Under the pieces are notes generated by a model that was not told where the DNA came from, made no database searches, and was given only the letters and a program-made list of their open reading frames with translations. The position numbers and the translations under genes were made by a program. DNA of 64,000 bases from Candidatus Cloacimonadales bacterium. GTDB taxonomy: Bacteria > Cloacimonadota > Cloacimonadia > Cloacimonadales > JAIOQZ01. Positions within the stretch are counted from its first letter, which is position 1, and each line of letters opens with the position of its first letter. The stretch spans positions 2,016,001 through 2,080,000 of the forward strand of contig CAXXTU010000002.1 in NCBI GenBank assembly GCA_963662655.2, written 5' to 3'. Positions 1-10,680 of this stretch are shown piece by piece.

Positions 1-1
1 A

Positions 2-1354
2 TTATTGAAGAACCCGGGTAAGCAAGTTTTTGAAACCATCCTTACCGATAAACTTGGGATCATGCGGCACGTGATGTTCATCAAGGCGACCTTCAAACGC
101 AAGGGCAGCGAAATCGGCGGCATCATCAGCATGATTATCGATATCTCCGAGCGCGTCCAGAACCAGGAAAAATTTTTCACCATCTTTCACGGCAATCCCG
201 ATCCGATTGTCATCAGCAACTATCACAACGGAGAAATCGCGGAGGCCAACGAAGCCTTCATGGCGATGATGGGTTACTCTCGTGAAGAATTGATCGGCAA
301 CAAACTCGATGCGATCGGATTCTGGGCAGATCAAAATGACAGGAATGAAATCTTCAACGATCTGGAAAACACGAAGAGAATTCGCTCCAAGAAAATCCTG
401 CTTCAGGATAAAGACAACAACATGAGGCAAGTTTTGAGTTCGATAGATATTATCAACTTCGGGTACGAGCCTCATCTTATCATTATCTGCAAAGACATTA
501 CGGAGCAGAAAAAGCTCGAGGATCAGCTCTTCCACGCCCAGAAGATGGAATCCGTGGGGCGTCTCGCAGCCGGAATCGCCCACGAGATCAATACTCCCAT
601 CCAGTACGTTCACGACAACATCGATTTCCTGAACGAGTCTTTCGAGAGCTTCGTCGAGCTCATCAACCAGCTCAACGCTCATATAGAGACTCAACCGCAA
701 GAAGGCGTCTCCGAAGGCTTGCGCCAGCTTCAGGCAATGCAGGAAGAAAAGGATATCCAGTTCCTGATCGACGAGATTCCCGAATCAATTAAGCAGTCCA
801 TGGAGGGGATCGACCGGGTCACGAGAATCGTGCGAGCCATGAAGAACTTCACGCATCCGGGCATCGAGAACAAGGTGGCCCTGAACATTAACAATGCAAT
901 CGAATCCACCATTACCGTTGCGCGAAACGAATGGAAGTACGTAGCGGAAATCGTCACGGACTTCAATCCGGATATCCCTCGAATCTTGTGTTACGAAGGG
1001 GATATGAAACAGGTGATCCTGAATCTGATCGTCAATGCGGCCCATGCGGTCGGAGAGAAGAAAAAAACATACGGATTCGCGAATTCGAAAGGAACTATCG
1101 AAATTAAAACGGATTTTAACGAAGATTCGGCATTTATAGTAATTTCCGATAATGGCTCAGGAATCCCTGATAAAGCGCAAAGCCACATCTTCGAGCCTTT
1201 TTTTACAACAAAAGAAGTGGGAATTGGTACTGGTCAAGGACTCGCTATTGTTTATAATATTATAGTAAAAAAACACCGTGGTAAAATCAGCTTTGAATCA
1301 AAAGTTGGTGAAGGCACACGATTCGTAATTGAGTTGCCTGTCTCAGGCGATTAA
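2..1354 (+). CDS. PAS-domain sensor histidine kinase (probably 5'-truncated by the window edge)
   Basis: PAS/PAC ('FHGNPDPIVI', 'DITEQK'), H-box 'AGIAHEINTP', HATPase 'NLIVNA', 'DNGSGIP', 'GTGQGL'. Frame is open from the window start. Confidence 0.9.
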   Translation, partial: LLKNPGKQVFETILTDKLGIMRHVMFIKATFKRKGSEIGGIISMIIDISERVQNQEKFFTIFHGNPDPIVISNYHNGEIAEANEAFMAMMGYSREELIGNKLDAIGFWADQNDRNEIFNDLENTKRIRSKKILLQDKDNNMRQVLSSIDIINFGYEPHLIIICKDITEQKKLEDQLFHAQKMESVGRLAAGIAHEINTPIQYVHDNIDFLNESFESFVELINQLNAHIETQPQEGVSEGLRQLQAMQEEKDIQFLIDEIPESIKQSMEGIDRVTRIVRAMKNFTHPGIENKVALNINNAIESTITVARNEWKYVAEIVTDFNPDIPRILCYEGDMKQVILNLIVNAAHAVGEKKKTYGFANSKGTIEIKTDFNEDSAFIVISDNGSGIPDKAQSHIFEPFFTTKEVGIGTGQGLAIVYNIIVKKHRGKISFESKVGEGTRFVIELPVSGD

Positions 1355-1370
1355 AAAGTCAGGATACGTC

Positions 1371-4300
1371 ATGAGTAAAAAAGATATTCAGATTTTGTTG
1401 ATAGAGCATAATGAGACGGAGATACAGAAGACAAAGACGATGCTCTGCTCGATAGGGAATTTCCCGTACGATCTAACGCTCGCAACATCCCTGGATGAGG
1501 CGGGTAAATACCTAACGACCAGCAACTTCGACGTCATTTTGCTCGCTACGGAACTTCCTGACAGCGTTGGTAACGAATCCTTCACCCGGCTGATAAAAAG
1601 CAAGACGAAAATCCCCATAATCATACTCGCATACACGCTTAACGAATCCCTCGCGATCGACGCGCTACGCCAAGGCGCTCAGAACTATCACGTAAAGAAC
1701 GAAATTGACGGATCGGACCTAGTAAAATCAATAATTTACGCGATTGAAAGAAATGCCCTGCGCATCGAGCTCGAAGAGAAGACCATTGCCTTGCAGAAGA
1801 GCGAAGAACGCTTCCGCATGATCGTCGAAAACAATAAGGACGCCTTCCTGATCGTCAGCAAGGACAACACGATTATGTTCTCCAATCCGGCGGCCCGGTC
1901 GTTCTTCGGCGCCTCCGAAGATGAATTGCTCGGGCAGACGTTCTCGACATCCGACGGTGAATTCCTGGATATCGAGCACCCGGACGGCAAGATTCACCAC
2001 GGCAACGTGACCTCCTTCGAAGTCGAGTGGCAGCACAATCCGGTAAAGATCGTGGCGATTCATGACATCACGGAGAGCAAGGAGTCCCAGAAGAAACTCG
2101 AGGAGAGCCAGAAGAAATACTCGGATCTTGTCGAGCAGCTCCAGGAAGGTATATGGTTGTTGGACGAAAACCTTAGAACCGTTTTTGCCAACCCGAGCCT
2201 GTGCAAGATGTTCGGGTACGATCTCAAGTCGATCATCGGCAAAAGACCGAAGGATTTTGTTTCGGAAACTTCCCAGGATCCCTGCGACGCCTTCTCTTTC
2301 AGACTGAAAGAGGGGATTACAGAGCGGATAGAGCTATTGTTCATCCGCAAGAACGGATCCGAGTTCTGCACATCGATCTCGACATCACCGGTGCACGACG
2401 AACAGGGAAACTTCGCGGGAGCTTTGGCATCCGTTCAGGATATTACGAAGGAAAAGCAGATACGTAATCAGCAGAGATTGATTCTGGAAATCCTTTCCAT
2501 CCTGAACCGGCACAACCTCTGGAAGTACCTGATTCGCGATATCCTCATCGAGATTCGAAAGGAGACCCAGTTCTCCACCATCGGCATCCGGCTCGAGCAA
2601 GAAGATGAGAAGCCTTATATCGAAGTACTGGGCGAGAGATCTCGATCTCGCATGCTGTTGGAGTGCGAGCATTGCGATTTCAAACAGCCGGATGGAGTAA
2701 GGAACCATATTGATTCATCCCGCTGCCTCTATGGTCTTGTTTTGCACCGCAGATTGCAGGATTATCCCAAAAATTCAACACCCTTTGGCAGCTTCTGGAC
2801 GAACGACCTCGACGATTTCTTTCTGATAGCGGATCCGACTCTCAAAGAGTACCTCCAGCATCTCAGAAAAAACGGAATTATGGATAAAACATACGCGCTT
2901 ATTCCGGTGCTTAACGAAGACAAGGTCATCGGAATCATACAATTGAGCGACGAGGAACCAAACCGGTTGAACGTTGAAACCATAAAATTCTTCGAGGAAA
3001 TCGCATCGTCGGTCAGTATCGCCTTCAAGCGCATGCAGGCGGAACAGGAGCTCATTCGGGAAAGAAATCGCGCTACGGAATACTTCAACCTTGCCCCCGT
3101 TATCATGCTTGTTCTGGGGCGGGATCAGCTTGTTAAGAAGATAAACCGGATGGGATGTATAATCCTCGAGGGACTCGAAGACGAGATTGTGGGAAAAAAC
3201 TGGTTCGACCACTTCATTCCATATTCTCACAGGGAAATGATGCGAAACAAATTCATCGAGATGATGGATTCCTCAAACGTGTATTCAGAGGCTATTGATT
3301 TCTTCCCCGAAGGCAACATGAATCCGATGGTTTCTCTCAAGGGAACACTCAGGGAACTCCGCTGGCACAATACGCTTTTGTTTGACTCCAGCGGCAACGT
3401 TACCGGCACGCTCAGCTCGGCGGAGGATCTGACAGAGCGAATTGAAGCGGAGAACGCCCGCAGGCAGAGCGAAGAGAAGTTCTTCAAGATATTCCGCTAC
3501 AATCCCGATGCGATTTGCATCGCTCAGGCCGACTGCGCAAGAATCAAGGACGCCAACGAGGCATTCCTCGAAATGTTCGGCTACACCCGGGAGGAGCTTT
3601 TCAATCCCAATTTCGACGCATGCAATATCTGGGTGAATCCCAAGGACAGGGAAGCCGTGCTGGCATTGCTGAAGTCCGAGGGGCAGGCTTCCACTCAGGA
3701 AATCCGCTTCCGGAACAAGGCAGGCGAGGAACGGATATCTCTTAGCTCGTTCCAGTTGATTAAACTGGAAGGCGAGAACAACCTCCTCTCGATTTTCCGC
3801 GATATCACCGAGCGCAGAAAGCTGGAAGATCACTTGAGGCAAGCCCAGAAGATGGAAGCGATCGGCACTCTTGCAGGAGGCATCGCGCACGACTTCAACA
3901 ACATTCTCTCCGTTATTGTGGGGTACGCCGAACTGGCCATGACCTCCATCCCCGAAAACAGCCGTGCCCTGAGGGACATGAAAGAAGTGATCATCGGGAG
4001 TTCCAGAGCAAAAGAACTCGTGCAACAGATTCTCACGTTCAGTCGTGAAACCGAGCAAAAAAAAGCCCCCCTTCAACTGGGTCTGATCATCAAAGAGGCT
4101 TTGAAGATGCTCCGGGCCTCGATCCCTTCCACCATCGCGATCAGAAGGTACATCACGACAAAGAATTTCATTTTCGCCGACCCGACCCAGATGCACCAGA
4201 TCATCATGAACCTCTGCACGAACTCGTTTCACGCGATGGAAGATACGGGAGGCACGATTTCGGTCGAGTTTGACGACATTCACTACGACGACCTGCCGGA

Positions 4301-4985
4301 TCAGATCAGGCCGAACCTGAAAGAGAGCGAATACGTCAAGCTGACCATCAAGGACGATGGCCCAGGCATCCCGGTCGATTTGCAGGAAAGAATTTTCGAG
4401 CCCTATTTCACCACAAAGAAAAAAGGCAAGGGTACCGGCTTGGGGCTTGCAATCGTCTCAGGCATCGTCAAGAATCATAACGGCGGAATTCACCTCGTAA
4501 GCAATAGAAATCAGGGCACGAAGTTCGAGATATTCTTCCCGGTTTTTAAAGGGGAAGCCAAGGAACTTTACGGCAAGGATCAAGCTCCGGAAATCCAGAC
4601 AACGCCGGCGAGAATTCTGTTTGTGGACGATGAAATCTCCATCGTCAAACTGCACGAGAAGCACCTGCGCAAGAAGGGCTATCAGGTGATATCCACCTCA
4701 TCGAGCCTGGAAGCGCTTCAATGGGTCAACGAGGAACCATCTAAATTCGATCTGGTGATCACCGATCTCACCATGCCCAAATTGACAGGGATCGAACTGG
4801 CCAGAAAGGTGCTGGCAGTGCGGCCGGACATACCCATCATCCTATGTACCGGGTATACCGAGAAGTTGACCAAAGAGGACATAAAACGCTCTGGAATAAA
4901 AGAGTTAATGTTCAAGCCGGTAATCATTAGCGATTTGATCCATACCATCGAGAAATCTCTCGTTCGCCACACACCCAGTAAATAA
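1371..4985 (+). CDS. Hybrid histidine kinase: pseudo-REC, multiple PAS, GAF, HisKA, HATPase, REC
   Basis: H-box 'GGIAHDFNN', 'GTGLGL', C-terminal REC 'LFVDDE...VITDLTMP'. N-terminal REC-like segment lacks the acceptor Asp. ATG 1371 chosen as start. Confidence 0.9.
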   Translation: MSKKDIQILLIEHNETEIQKTKTMLCSIGNFPYDLTLATSLDEAGKYLTTSNFDVILLATELPDSVGNESFTRLIKSKTKIPIIILAYTLNESLAIDALRQGAQNYHVKNEIDGSDLVKSIIYAIERNALRIELEEKTIALQKSEERFRMIVENNKDAFLIVSKDNTIMFSNPAARSFFGASEDELLGQTFSTSDGEFLDIEHPDGKIHHGNVTSFEVEWQHNPVKIVAIHDITESKESQKKLEESQKKYSDLVEQLQEGIWLLDENLRTVFANPSLCKMFGYDLKSIIGKRPKDFVSETSQDPCDAFSFRLKEGITERIELLFIRKNGSEFCTSISTSPVHDEQGNFAGALASVQDITKEKQIRNQQRLILEILSILNRHNLWKYLIRDILIEIRKETQFSTIGIRLEQEDEKPYIEVLGERSRSRMLLECEHCDFKQPDGVRNHIDSSRCLYGLVLHRRLQDYPKNSTPFGSFWTNDLDDFFLIADPTLKEYLQHLRKNGIMDKTYALIPVLNEDKVIGIIQLSDEEPNRLNVETIKFFEEIASSVSIAFKRMQAEQELIRERNRATEYFNLAPVIMLVLGRDQLVKKINRMGCIILEGLEDEIVGKNWFDHFIPYSHREMMRNKFIEMMDSSNVYSEAIDFFPEGNMNPMVSLKGTLRELRWHNTLLFDSSGNVTGTLSSAEDLTERIEAENARRQSEEKFFKIFRYNPDAICIAQADCARIKDANEAFLEMFGYTREELFNPNFDACNIWVNPKDREAVLALLKSEGQASTQEIRFRNKAGEERISLSSFQLIKLEGENNLLSIFRDITERRKLEDHLRQAQKMEAIGTLAGGIAHDFNNILSVIVGYAELAMTSIPENSRALRDMKEVIIGSSRAKELVQQILTFSRETEQKKAPLQLGLIIKEALKMLRASIPSTIAIRRYITTKNFIFADPTQMHQIIMNLCTNSFHAMEDTGGTISVEFDDIHYDDLPDQIRPNLKESEYVKLTIKDDGPGIPVDLQERIFEPYFTTKKKGKGTGLGLAIVSGIVKNHNGGIHLVSNRNQGTKFEIFFPVFKGEAKELYGKDQAPEIQTTPARILFVDDEISIVKLHEKHLRKKGYQVISTSSSLEALQWVNEEPSKFDLVITDLTMPKLTGIELARKVLAVRPDIPIILCTGYTEKLTKEDIKRSGIKELMFKPVIISDLIHTIEKSLVRHTPSK

Positions 4986-5077
4986 CACTGAAAGTGATTC
5001 TTTTTTTTCTTATTCCATGACCATTTTTGTTTACAATGAACATGGAATGTATTATCATTTATTGGACGGAAAAAAGC

Positions 5078-6745
5078 ATGAACAGGAAAACACAAAAACA
5101 CGCAGAAACATTGATGATGATGTTGTATGATCCAGATCGTAAAATCAATCTGGACTGGGAATGGATAACACGGGACACGGGGGTCCATATCACTGCATTG
5201 GAGGCCCCCGAAGCTACCGACGAGAATCCTCCCGGGGGCAAACCTCACTTGATAATCCTGCATGAGGATCACCACCAAAAAATCAGAACCCTGTTTGAAG
5301 ATTCTTCTCCCCGGCTTTTCGTTTACTCGGACAATCGGGAAGATGAAGCGTTTGAACGGGCGTACAGGCTTGGAGCGAGCCAGGTAGACTCCCTCGATTC
5401 ATCGTCGATGTGCCTCAAACGCAATCTCGCGAGCTACATCAAAAGGATTCAACTGGAAGAGCAGATCGCGTCGCTTGACCGCAGGCTCGAGTACGCGACG
5501 TACAACCAGCATTTGATTTCGCACATCGCAACCTCTCTCAACGGTATTCAGGACTTTTCACGAGAAATCCTCAATCTGCTGGACGTCCTCCTTTTCTCCA
5601 TCGATCTCGACCTCATTATCGTCAACCGGGCGATCGGCACTGCATGCGGCGACGGCAAATCCGATTTTATCATACGGAGCAAGGCGGATGACCATTCAAT
5701 TGCCCAGAAGCTCGATATGACCAATTTCAACAAGATTCTCAATACAACCGAGATCGATAGCCAGATCGTTCTTCATCGCTCCACGACGAAAGATCAATCC
5801 GTGCTCGACGCGCTTCAATCGATCGGCATCGAATCGATAAACATGTGTCCGCTCCAGACACGCAAATGCCTCCTGGGATCCATTCTGTTCGCCACGCGGA
5901 AAGAAACCGCCTGGAACTCCGAGATGAACGACCTCTTCATGACGGTTTCAAGTCTGATCGCCAACACATGGGAAAAGGACATGAGTATTTACCAGCGAAT
6001 AGATGCTCAAGCAAAGTTGACCGAATCGGTAAGAATGGTGGAACAGGCTTCGAAGATGGCGTCGCTGGGCATCATGTCTGCGGGCATCACCCACGAGATC
6101 AATCAACCGCTCAGCGCGATCAAGGTCACTGCCGAGAGCATTCAGCTCTGGGCGGACAGCCACCCGGGAGAGCTACCCGAGAAATTCATCAAACGCATCG
6201 GAATGATCAACCAGAGCGCTTCCCGCATCGATAAAATCATCCGTCACATGCGCACCAACTGGATTTCCGCTACCCCCGACGAACTCGTCAACATAGAAGT
6301 GAACGAAGCAATCAAGGACGCTCTTACACTCCTCGAGAAGCAGGCGGAATCGCATGGTATCGACCTTTTCCTTCAGTTCGATCAGAAGAAATCGATGATA
6401 CAGGGCGTTAATATCCAGTTCGAACAAATCATCGTGAATCTCATCATCAACGCGATTCATGCCCTGGACGACGTTGATCGATCCAAGAAGATATTGACAA
6501 TTTCCACCCGGAAACGCGAGGATATCGTTATCATCACGGTTGAAGACAATGGAACCGGATTTACACCCGAAGTTTTGAGAAGCATGTTTGAGCCATTCTT
6601 CACGACCAAGAGCGCCGGAAAAGGAAGCGGTCTGGGACTGGCAATCGTGAAGAACTTCGTCTTGAAATTCAATGGAAGCATCCAGGCTGAGAACGTTCCC
6701 GAGGGTGGCGCAAGATTTATAATTGAACTGCCGATAAAGCAATAA
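5078..6745 (+). CDS. GAF-domain sensor histidine kinase
   Basis: H-box 'GITHEINQP', 'NLIINA', 'EDNGTG', 'GSGLGL'. Start codon uncertain. Confidence 0.85.
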   Translation: MNRKTQKHAETLMMMLYDPDRKINLDWEWITRDTGVHITALEAPEATDENPPGGKPHLIILHEDHHQKIRTLFEDSSPRLFVYSDNREDEAFERAYRLGASQVDSLDSSSMCLKRNLASYIKRIQLEEQIASLDRRLEYATYNQHLISHIATSLNGIQDFSREILNLLDVLLFSIDLDLIIVNRAIGTACGDGKSDFIIRSKADDHSIAQKLDMTNFNKILNTTEIDSQIVLHRSTTKDQSVLDALQSIGIESINMCPLQTRKCLLGSILFATRKETAWNSEMNDLFMTVSSLIANTWEKDMSIYQRIDAQAKLTESVRMVEQASKMASLGIMSAGITHEINQPLSAIKVTAESIQLWADSHPGELPEKFIKRIGMINQSASRIDKIIRHMRTNWISATPDELVNIEVNEAIKDALTLLEKQAESHGIDLFLQFDQKKSMIQGVNIQFEQIIVNLIINAIHALDDVDRSKKILTISTRKREDIVIITVEDNGTGFTPEVLRSMFEPFFTTKSAGKGSGLGLAIVKNFVLKFNGSIQAENVPEGGARFIIELPIKQ

Positions 6746-6763
6746 CCAGCAAACGGAGTGATT

Positions 6764-7261
6764 ATGAACAATATGCGAATAATGATCATCGATGACGATC
6801 AGGGCCATCTAACAAGCCTGGAAGACGCATTATCGCTGAACGATTACGATGTACAAGCCTTCCTCAATCCCATCGAGGCGGTCGAGGTATACAAATCCGA
6901 AAATTTCGATGTCGTCATCACGGATTACAAAATGCCCCAGATGGATGGAATCCAGGTTCTCAAAGCGGTAAAAAAATTCAATCCCGACGCATACGTTCTG
7001 ATCATGACAGGGTTCGCCAATAAGGATAATGCGATTGATGCGGTGAATCACGGAGCATACTTTTTCTTCAGGAAGCCGATCGATCTGCGCAGAGTTTACA
7101 GCACGCTGGAGAAAATCGAAAACGAGATCCGAGAGCGCCGCGAAGAGCTGAGCCTGATTGCCTTCGCGAAAGAGTATAAGAAACTCAAAGGTCTGCTTCA
7201 ATCATTCGATCAAATAAAAAATGAAATTTCAACCCTTCACGGAGATAAACATGAGAAATGA
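6764..7261 (+). CDS. Response regulator (REC plus short coiled coil, no DNA-binding domain)
   Basis: 'IMIIDDD', 'VITDYKMP', 'MTG', 'KP' motifs. GGAG upstream of ATG 6764. Confidence 0.9.
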   Translation: MNNMRIMIIDDDQGHLTSLEDALSLNDYDVQAFLNPIEAVEVYKSENFDVVITDYKMPQMDGIQVLKAVKKFNPDAYVLIMTGFANKDNAIDAVNHGAYFFFRKPIDLRRVYSTLEKIENEIRERREELSLIAFAKEYKKLKGLLQSFDQIKNEISTLHGDKHEK

Positions 7262-9599
7262 AGATCAAGAAATGTTGCAGTCTTTCGTCATCGAAGCAAC
7301 GGAAATGCTTGATGAAGTAGAACCATACCTCATTAACCTGCAAGAAGCGATACAGTCGGACGAGCGCCTGGACAGTGAAATCCTCAATTCGATTTTCAGG
7401 CTGTTCCACACCATCAAAGGCACCTCCGGCTTCTTCAATCTTCACAACATGCAGGGAATAACCCACGAGGCGGAAACGCTTCTTGATCTTTATCGAAAAG
7501 AAAAGATGGATCTGAACGATCAACAGGCAACGCTGTTTTTCAAAACGATCGATCTACTGCGAAAGATTTTAGCCACCGTCGAGACATCTTTCCATGATCA
7601 GGGATACGAAATGGAGGCAGGAGAATTGGTGAAGCTTTTCAATACCGCAAGCTCAGAGGATAACCGTGGCGCGAAATCCGAGCCGACGATCGTCGAAGAA
7701 CCGAAGAAATCGGATTCAGAGAAGAAGCCCCAGCCCAAGCCAGCGATCTCTATCGACATCAAGGATGAGCTCATGGAGCCATTCATCCAGGAAGCAATCG
7801 AAATTCTCGATGAAGCGGAACAAAATTTGATGATGCTGGAAGAAAACCCCGACGATGCCGATGTATTGCAGAAGATATTCCGCGGGATTCATACCTTCAA
7901 AGGCAACTGCGGCATCTTCGGAATGGACGAGCTCGAACGCTTGAGCCACCGCACCGAGACGGTTCTCGATTTCATGAGAAATGGAGCGAGGAAGGATTAC
8001 GGCGCAAACATCCGCATGATCCTGAAGCTGATCAGCGTTTTCCAGGATTCGATTGTCCGGATTCAAAACGGCGAAGACGGAGAGATTCAGGGAATCGACG
8101 GGATGATGTTCCTGCTCGACGAAACAATCAGCGAACTTGAGGAAGAGGTCCCCGAGCGGTCGATTCAACCGGGAAAGAAGAAGGAAGAAGCTCCCGTTGT
8201 TTATGATGAACCGGAGCCCGAGCCAGAACCGGAGATTGAGCCGGAGATCGAGGCTGAACCGGAACCGGAGCCGGAGAAGAAAGTAGTTACGCCAGCCCCT
8301 GTGGCCGAAGCCCCGAAGCCCAAGCCCGAGCCGAAGCTGAAACCGATAAAAAATAAGGACTCCGCCATCGACATGTTGAGCAAATCCTCCGGAGGCCGCC
8401 AAACAGTCGATCCGATGAAATCGTCCGTCGTACAACAATCGATCCGCATCGACATCGACAAGGTCGACAAACTCGTCGACTGGGTCGGCGAATTGTCCAT
8501 TGCCGAGCTGATGGTAACACAAAACCCGGTCCTTCGTCATCTGGAAAAGAAATACATCCGCATCTTCGACCAGTCCGCCCTTAACCTCCGCAGGATCATC
8601 ACCGAGATCCAGAGCCTCTCCTTATCCCTGCGCATGCTGCCCATCGCAGGAACCTTCAAGAAGATGCTTCGCCTGGTGCATGACCTCTCGCACAAGGCGG
8701 GTAAGAAGATCCGCCTGAAGATCGTCGGCGAAGAGACCGAAGTGGACAAGGGCGTTATCGACCTGATCGGCGATCCTCTTGTGCACATTATCAGAAACTC
8801 GATCGACCACGGCATCGAGCCCCCAGACGAGCGCATTAAAGCCGGCAAGGAAGAAATGGGAACCATCGTCCTGGAAGCCCGGCATGAGAGCGGCGAGGTC
8901 TGGATTGTGGTTCAGGACGACGGTAGAGGCCTGAATCGCGAGAAGATACTCTCCAAGGCCATCGAGAGGGGTCTTGTAAGCGAGGACCTCACCGAGGAGC
9001 TTACGGACCAGGACGTCTACAAGATGATCTTCCTGCCGGGATTCTCCACCGCTGACCAGATTACCGAGATTTCGGGACGGGGCGTCGGAATGGATGTGGT
9101 AAAGAAGAACCTCGAGAAAATCAAGGGCCGCATCGACGTGGAATCCAATCCGGGGAAAGGGACGACGATTCTTCTGCGAATCCCGCTGACGATGGCATTG
9201 ATCGAGGGTATGCAGATCATGGTCGGCATCAAGCGATACATCATTCCCCTACTCTCGATCAGGGAATTCTTCCAGCCGGTTCGTGACGACATCACCCAAA
9301 TGCCCGACGGCGAAGAAGTGTGCAACGTTCGTGGCGAGCTGATACCTGTCATCAGACTCCACAAGAAATACAAGATCAAGGCCAAGCACGAGCGCATCGA
9401 AGACGGCGTGCTTATCGTGATCAACTTCCACGGCAAGGCTTTCTGCCTGTTTGTCGATCAGATCATTGGCCAGATGCAAGCTGTGATCAAAGCCATTCCA
9501 AACTACTTTGGCACGACGGAGGGGATTTCGGGATTCACCATTCTTGGCGACGGAACCGTATGCCCCATCCTCGATCTTGCATCGCTTACAGCAAAATAA
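7251..9599 (+). CDS. cheA: Chemotaxis histidine kinase CheA with two Hpt domains
   Basis: Hpt motifs 'FRLFHTIKG' and 'FRGIHTFKG', dimerisation 'SIRIDIDKVDKLVD', 'HIIRNSIDHG', 'SGRGVGMDVV', C-terminal CheW domain. RBS GGAG before ATG 7251. Confidence 0.95.
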   Translation: MRNEDQEMLQSFVIEATEMLDEVEPYLINLQEAIQSDERLDSEILNSIFRLFHTIKGTSGFFNLHNMQGITHEAETLLDLYRKEKMDLNDQQATLFFKTIDLLRKILATVETSFHDQGYEMEAGELVKLFNTASSEDNRGAKSEPTIVEEPKKSDSEKKPQPKPAISIDIKDELMEPFIQEAIEILDEAEQNLMMLEENPDDADVLQKIFRGIHTFKGNCGIFGMDELERLSHRTETVLDFMRNGARKDYGANIRMILKLISVFQDSIVRIQNGEDGEIQGIDGMMFLLDETISELEEEVPERSIQPGKKKEEAPVVYDEPEPEPEPEIEPEIEAEPEPEPEKKVVTPAPVAEAPKPKPEPKLKPIKNKDSAIDMLSKSSGGRQTVDPMKSSVVQQSIRIDIDKVDKLVDWVGELSIAELMVTQNPVLRHLEKKYIRIFDQSALNLRRIITEIQSLSLSLRMLPIAGTFKKMLRLVHDLSHKAGKKIRLKIVGEETEVDKGVIDLIGDPLVHIIRNSIDHGIEPPDERIKAGKEEMGTIVLEARHESGEVWIVVQDDGRGLNREKILSKAIERGLVSEDLTEELTDQDVYKMIFLPGFSTADQITEISGRGVGMDVVKKNLEKIKGRIDVESNPGKGTTILLRIPLTMALIEGMQIMVGIKRYIIPLLSIREFFQPVRDDITQMPDGEEVCNVRGELIPVIRLHKKYKIKAKHERIEDGVLIVINFHGKAFCLFVDQIIGQMQAVIKAIPNYFGTTEGISGFTILGDGTVCPILDLASLTAK

Positions 9600-9623
9600 A
9601 TCAGTAACGTCAAGGAGGTCTTC

Positions 9624-10145
9624 ATGAGTGAAGATGAGATGACTATGGATGAAGAGTTAATGGATGAAGATATCCAAAGGAATCGCTATCTTACTTTCCA
9701 CATGGGGAAGGAAGATTACGGAATCCCGATCTACAACGTCGTAGAGATCATTGGTGGAATGCAGCCTATTACGGAAATTCCCGAGCGCTCCGATTACGAG
9801 AAGGGAGTCATCAACCTTCGCGGCAGAATCGTACCAGTCATTGATGTGCGCTTGCGCTTCAGCTTACCGCCAAAAGATTACACGGACCGGACATGCATCA
9901 TCGTAACGAGTATCGATGACATTACGACCGGTCTGATCGTCGATGAGGTATCCGAAGTAATGGATATTCCTGAAGAATCGATCGATCCCCCGCCAGATAG
10001 CGTCAAGGACGCCAAAAGCCAGTTTATCAAAGGCATGGGAATCGTCGGCAAGAAAGTTAAAATCATTTTGGATGTCGAGAAAATCGTAAGCTCAGCTCGT
10101 ATAGCAAGATCGAGAGGGATTATAGCCGAGACATCCGAAACCTAA
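9624..10145 (+). CDS. cheW: Chemotaxis coupling protein CheW
   Basis: 'YLTF...YGIPI', 'GVINLRGRIVPVID', 'GLIVDEV'. RBS AGGAGG. Confidence 0.95.
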   Translation: MSEDEMTMDEELMDEDIQRNRYLTFHMGKEDYGIPIYNVVEIIGGMQPITEIPERSDYEKGVINLRGRIVPVIDVRLRFSLPPKDYTDRTCIIVTSIDDITTGLIVDEVSEVMDIPEESIDPPPDSVKDAKSQFIKGMGIVGKKVKIILDVEKIVSSARIARSRGIIAETSET

Positions 10146-10172
10146 CATCTCATTTGACACTCAGGAGGAACT

Positions 10173-10652
10173 ATGTTGAAGAAAGTCATCATACTGTTAA
10201 GCGTTTCGCTGATGATTGCCGGATTATCAGCTCTGACACTTGACGAGAAGCGAGAGACTGCAAGGAAACTCGTGGAAAAAGGCGCTACATATCTCAAGGA
10301 ACATGGAAGAGAAAAGGCATTTGAGGCATTCAAGGACAAAGAGGGCGAATTCATTTTCGACGAATTCTACATCTTTGTCGAAGACTACGACGGACACATG
10401 GTCATGCATCCGATTTCACCCAAGATGGACGGACAGAAAATCCTGGATATCCAAGACCCGAACGGTATCTATTTATTCCGGGAATTTATAAAAGTTACGA
10501 TAAAGGAACCTTTTCACGGGTGGGTCAACTACATGTGGCTGCATCCGGTCAAAGGGAGTGTGGAGCCAAAGGAAACTTATGTTATGCAAGTAAAGGGAAC
10601 CGACGAACAAGGAGACTATCAGCTCATTCTTGGAACCGGCTTCTACAAGTAA
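10173..10652 (+). CDS. Stand-alone secreted single-Cache domain protein
   Basis: Signal peptide, then 'YIFV.D.DG...HP', 'DPNG', 'GWVNYMW.HP', 'K.TY' Cache_2-type motifs. RBS AGGAGG. Confidence 0.8.
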   Translation: MLKKVIILLSVSLMIAGLSALTLDEKRETARKLVEKGATYLKEHGREKAFEAFKDKEGEFIFDEFYIFVEDYDGHMVMHPISPKMDGQKILDIQDPNGIYLFREFIKVTIKEPFHGWVNYMWLHPVKGSVEPKETYVMQVKGTDEQGDYQLILGTGFYK

Positions 10653-10680
10653 TTAGGCAATAACGGAAAAGGGGTTCAAA

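Noticed and set aside
8205..8340. Tandem DNA repeat or phase-variation tract in cheA
   Set aside because: Degenerate in-frame Glu-Pro linker codons, not a perfect microsatellite.
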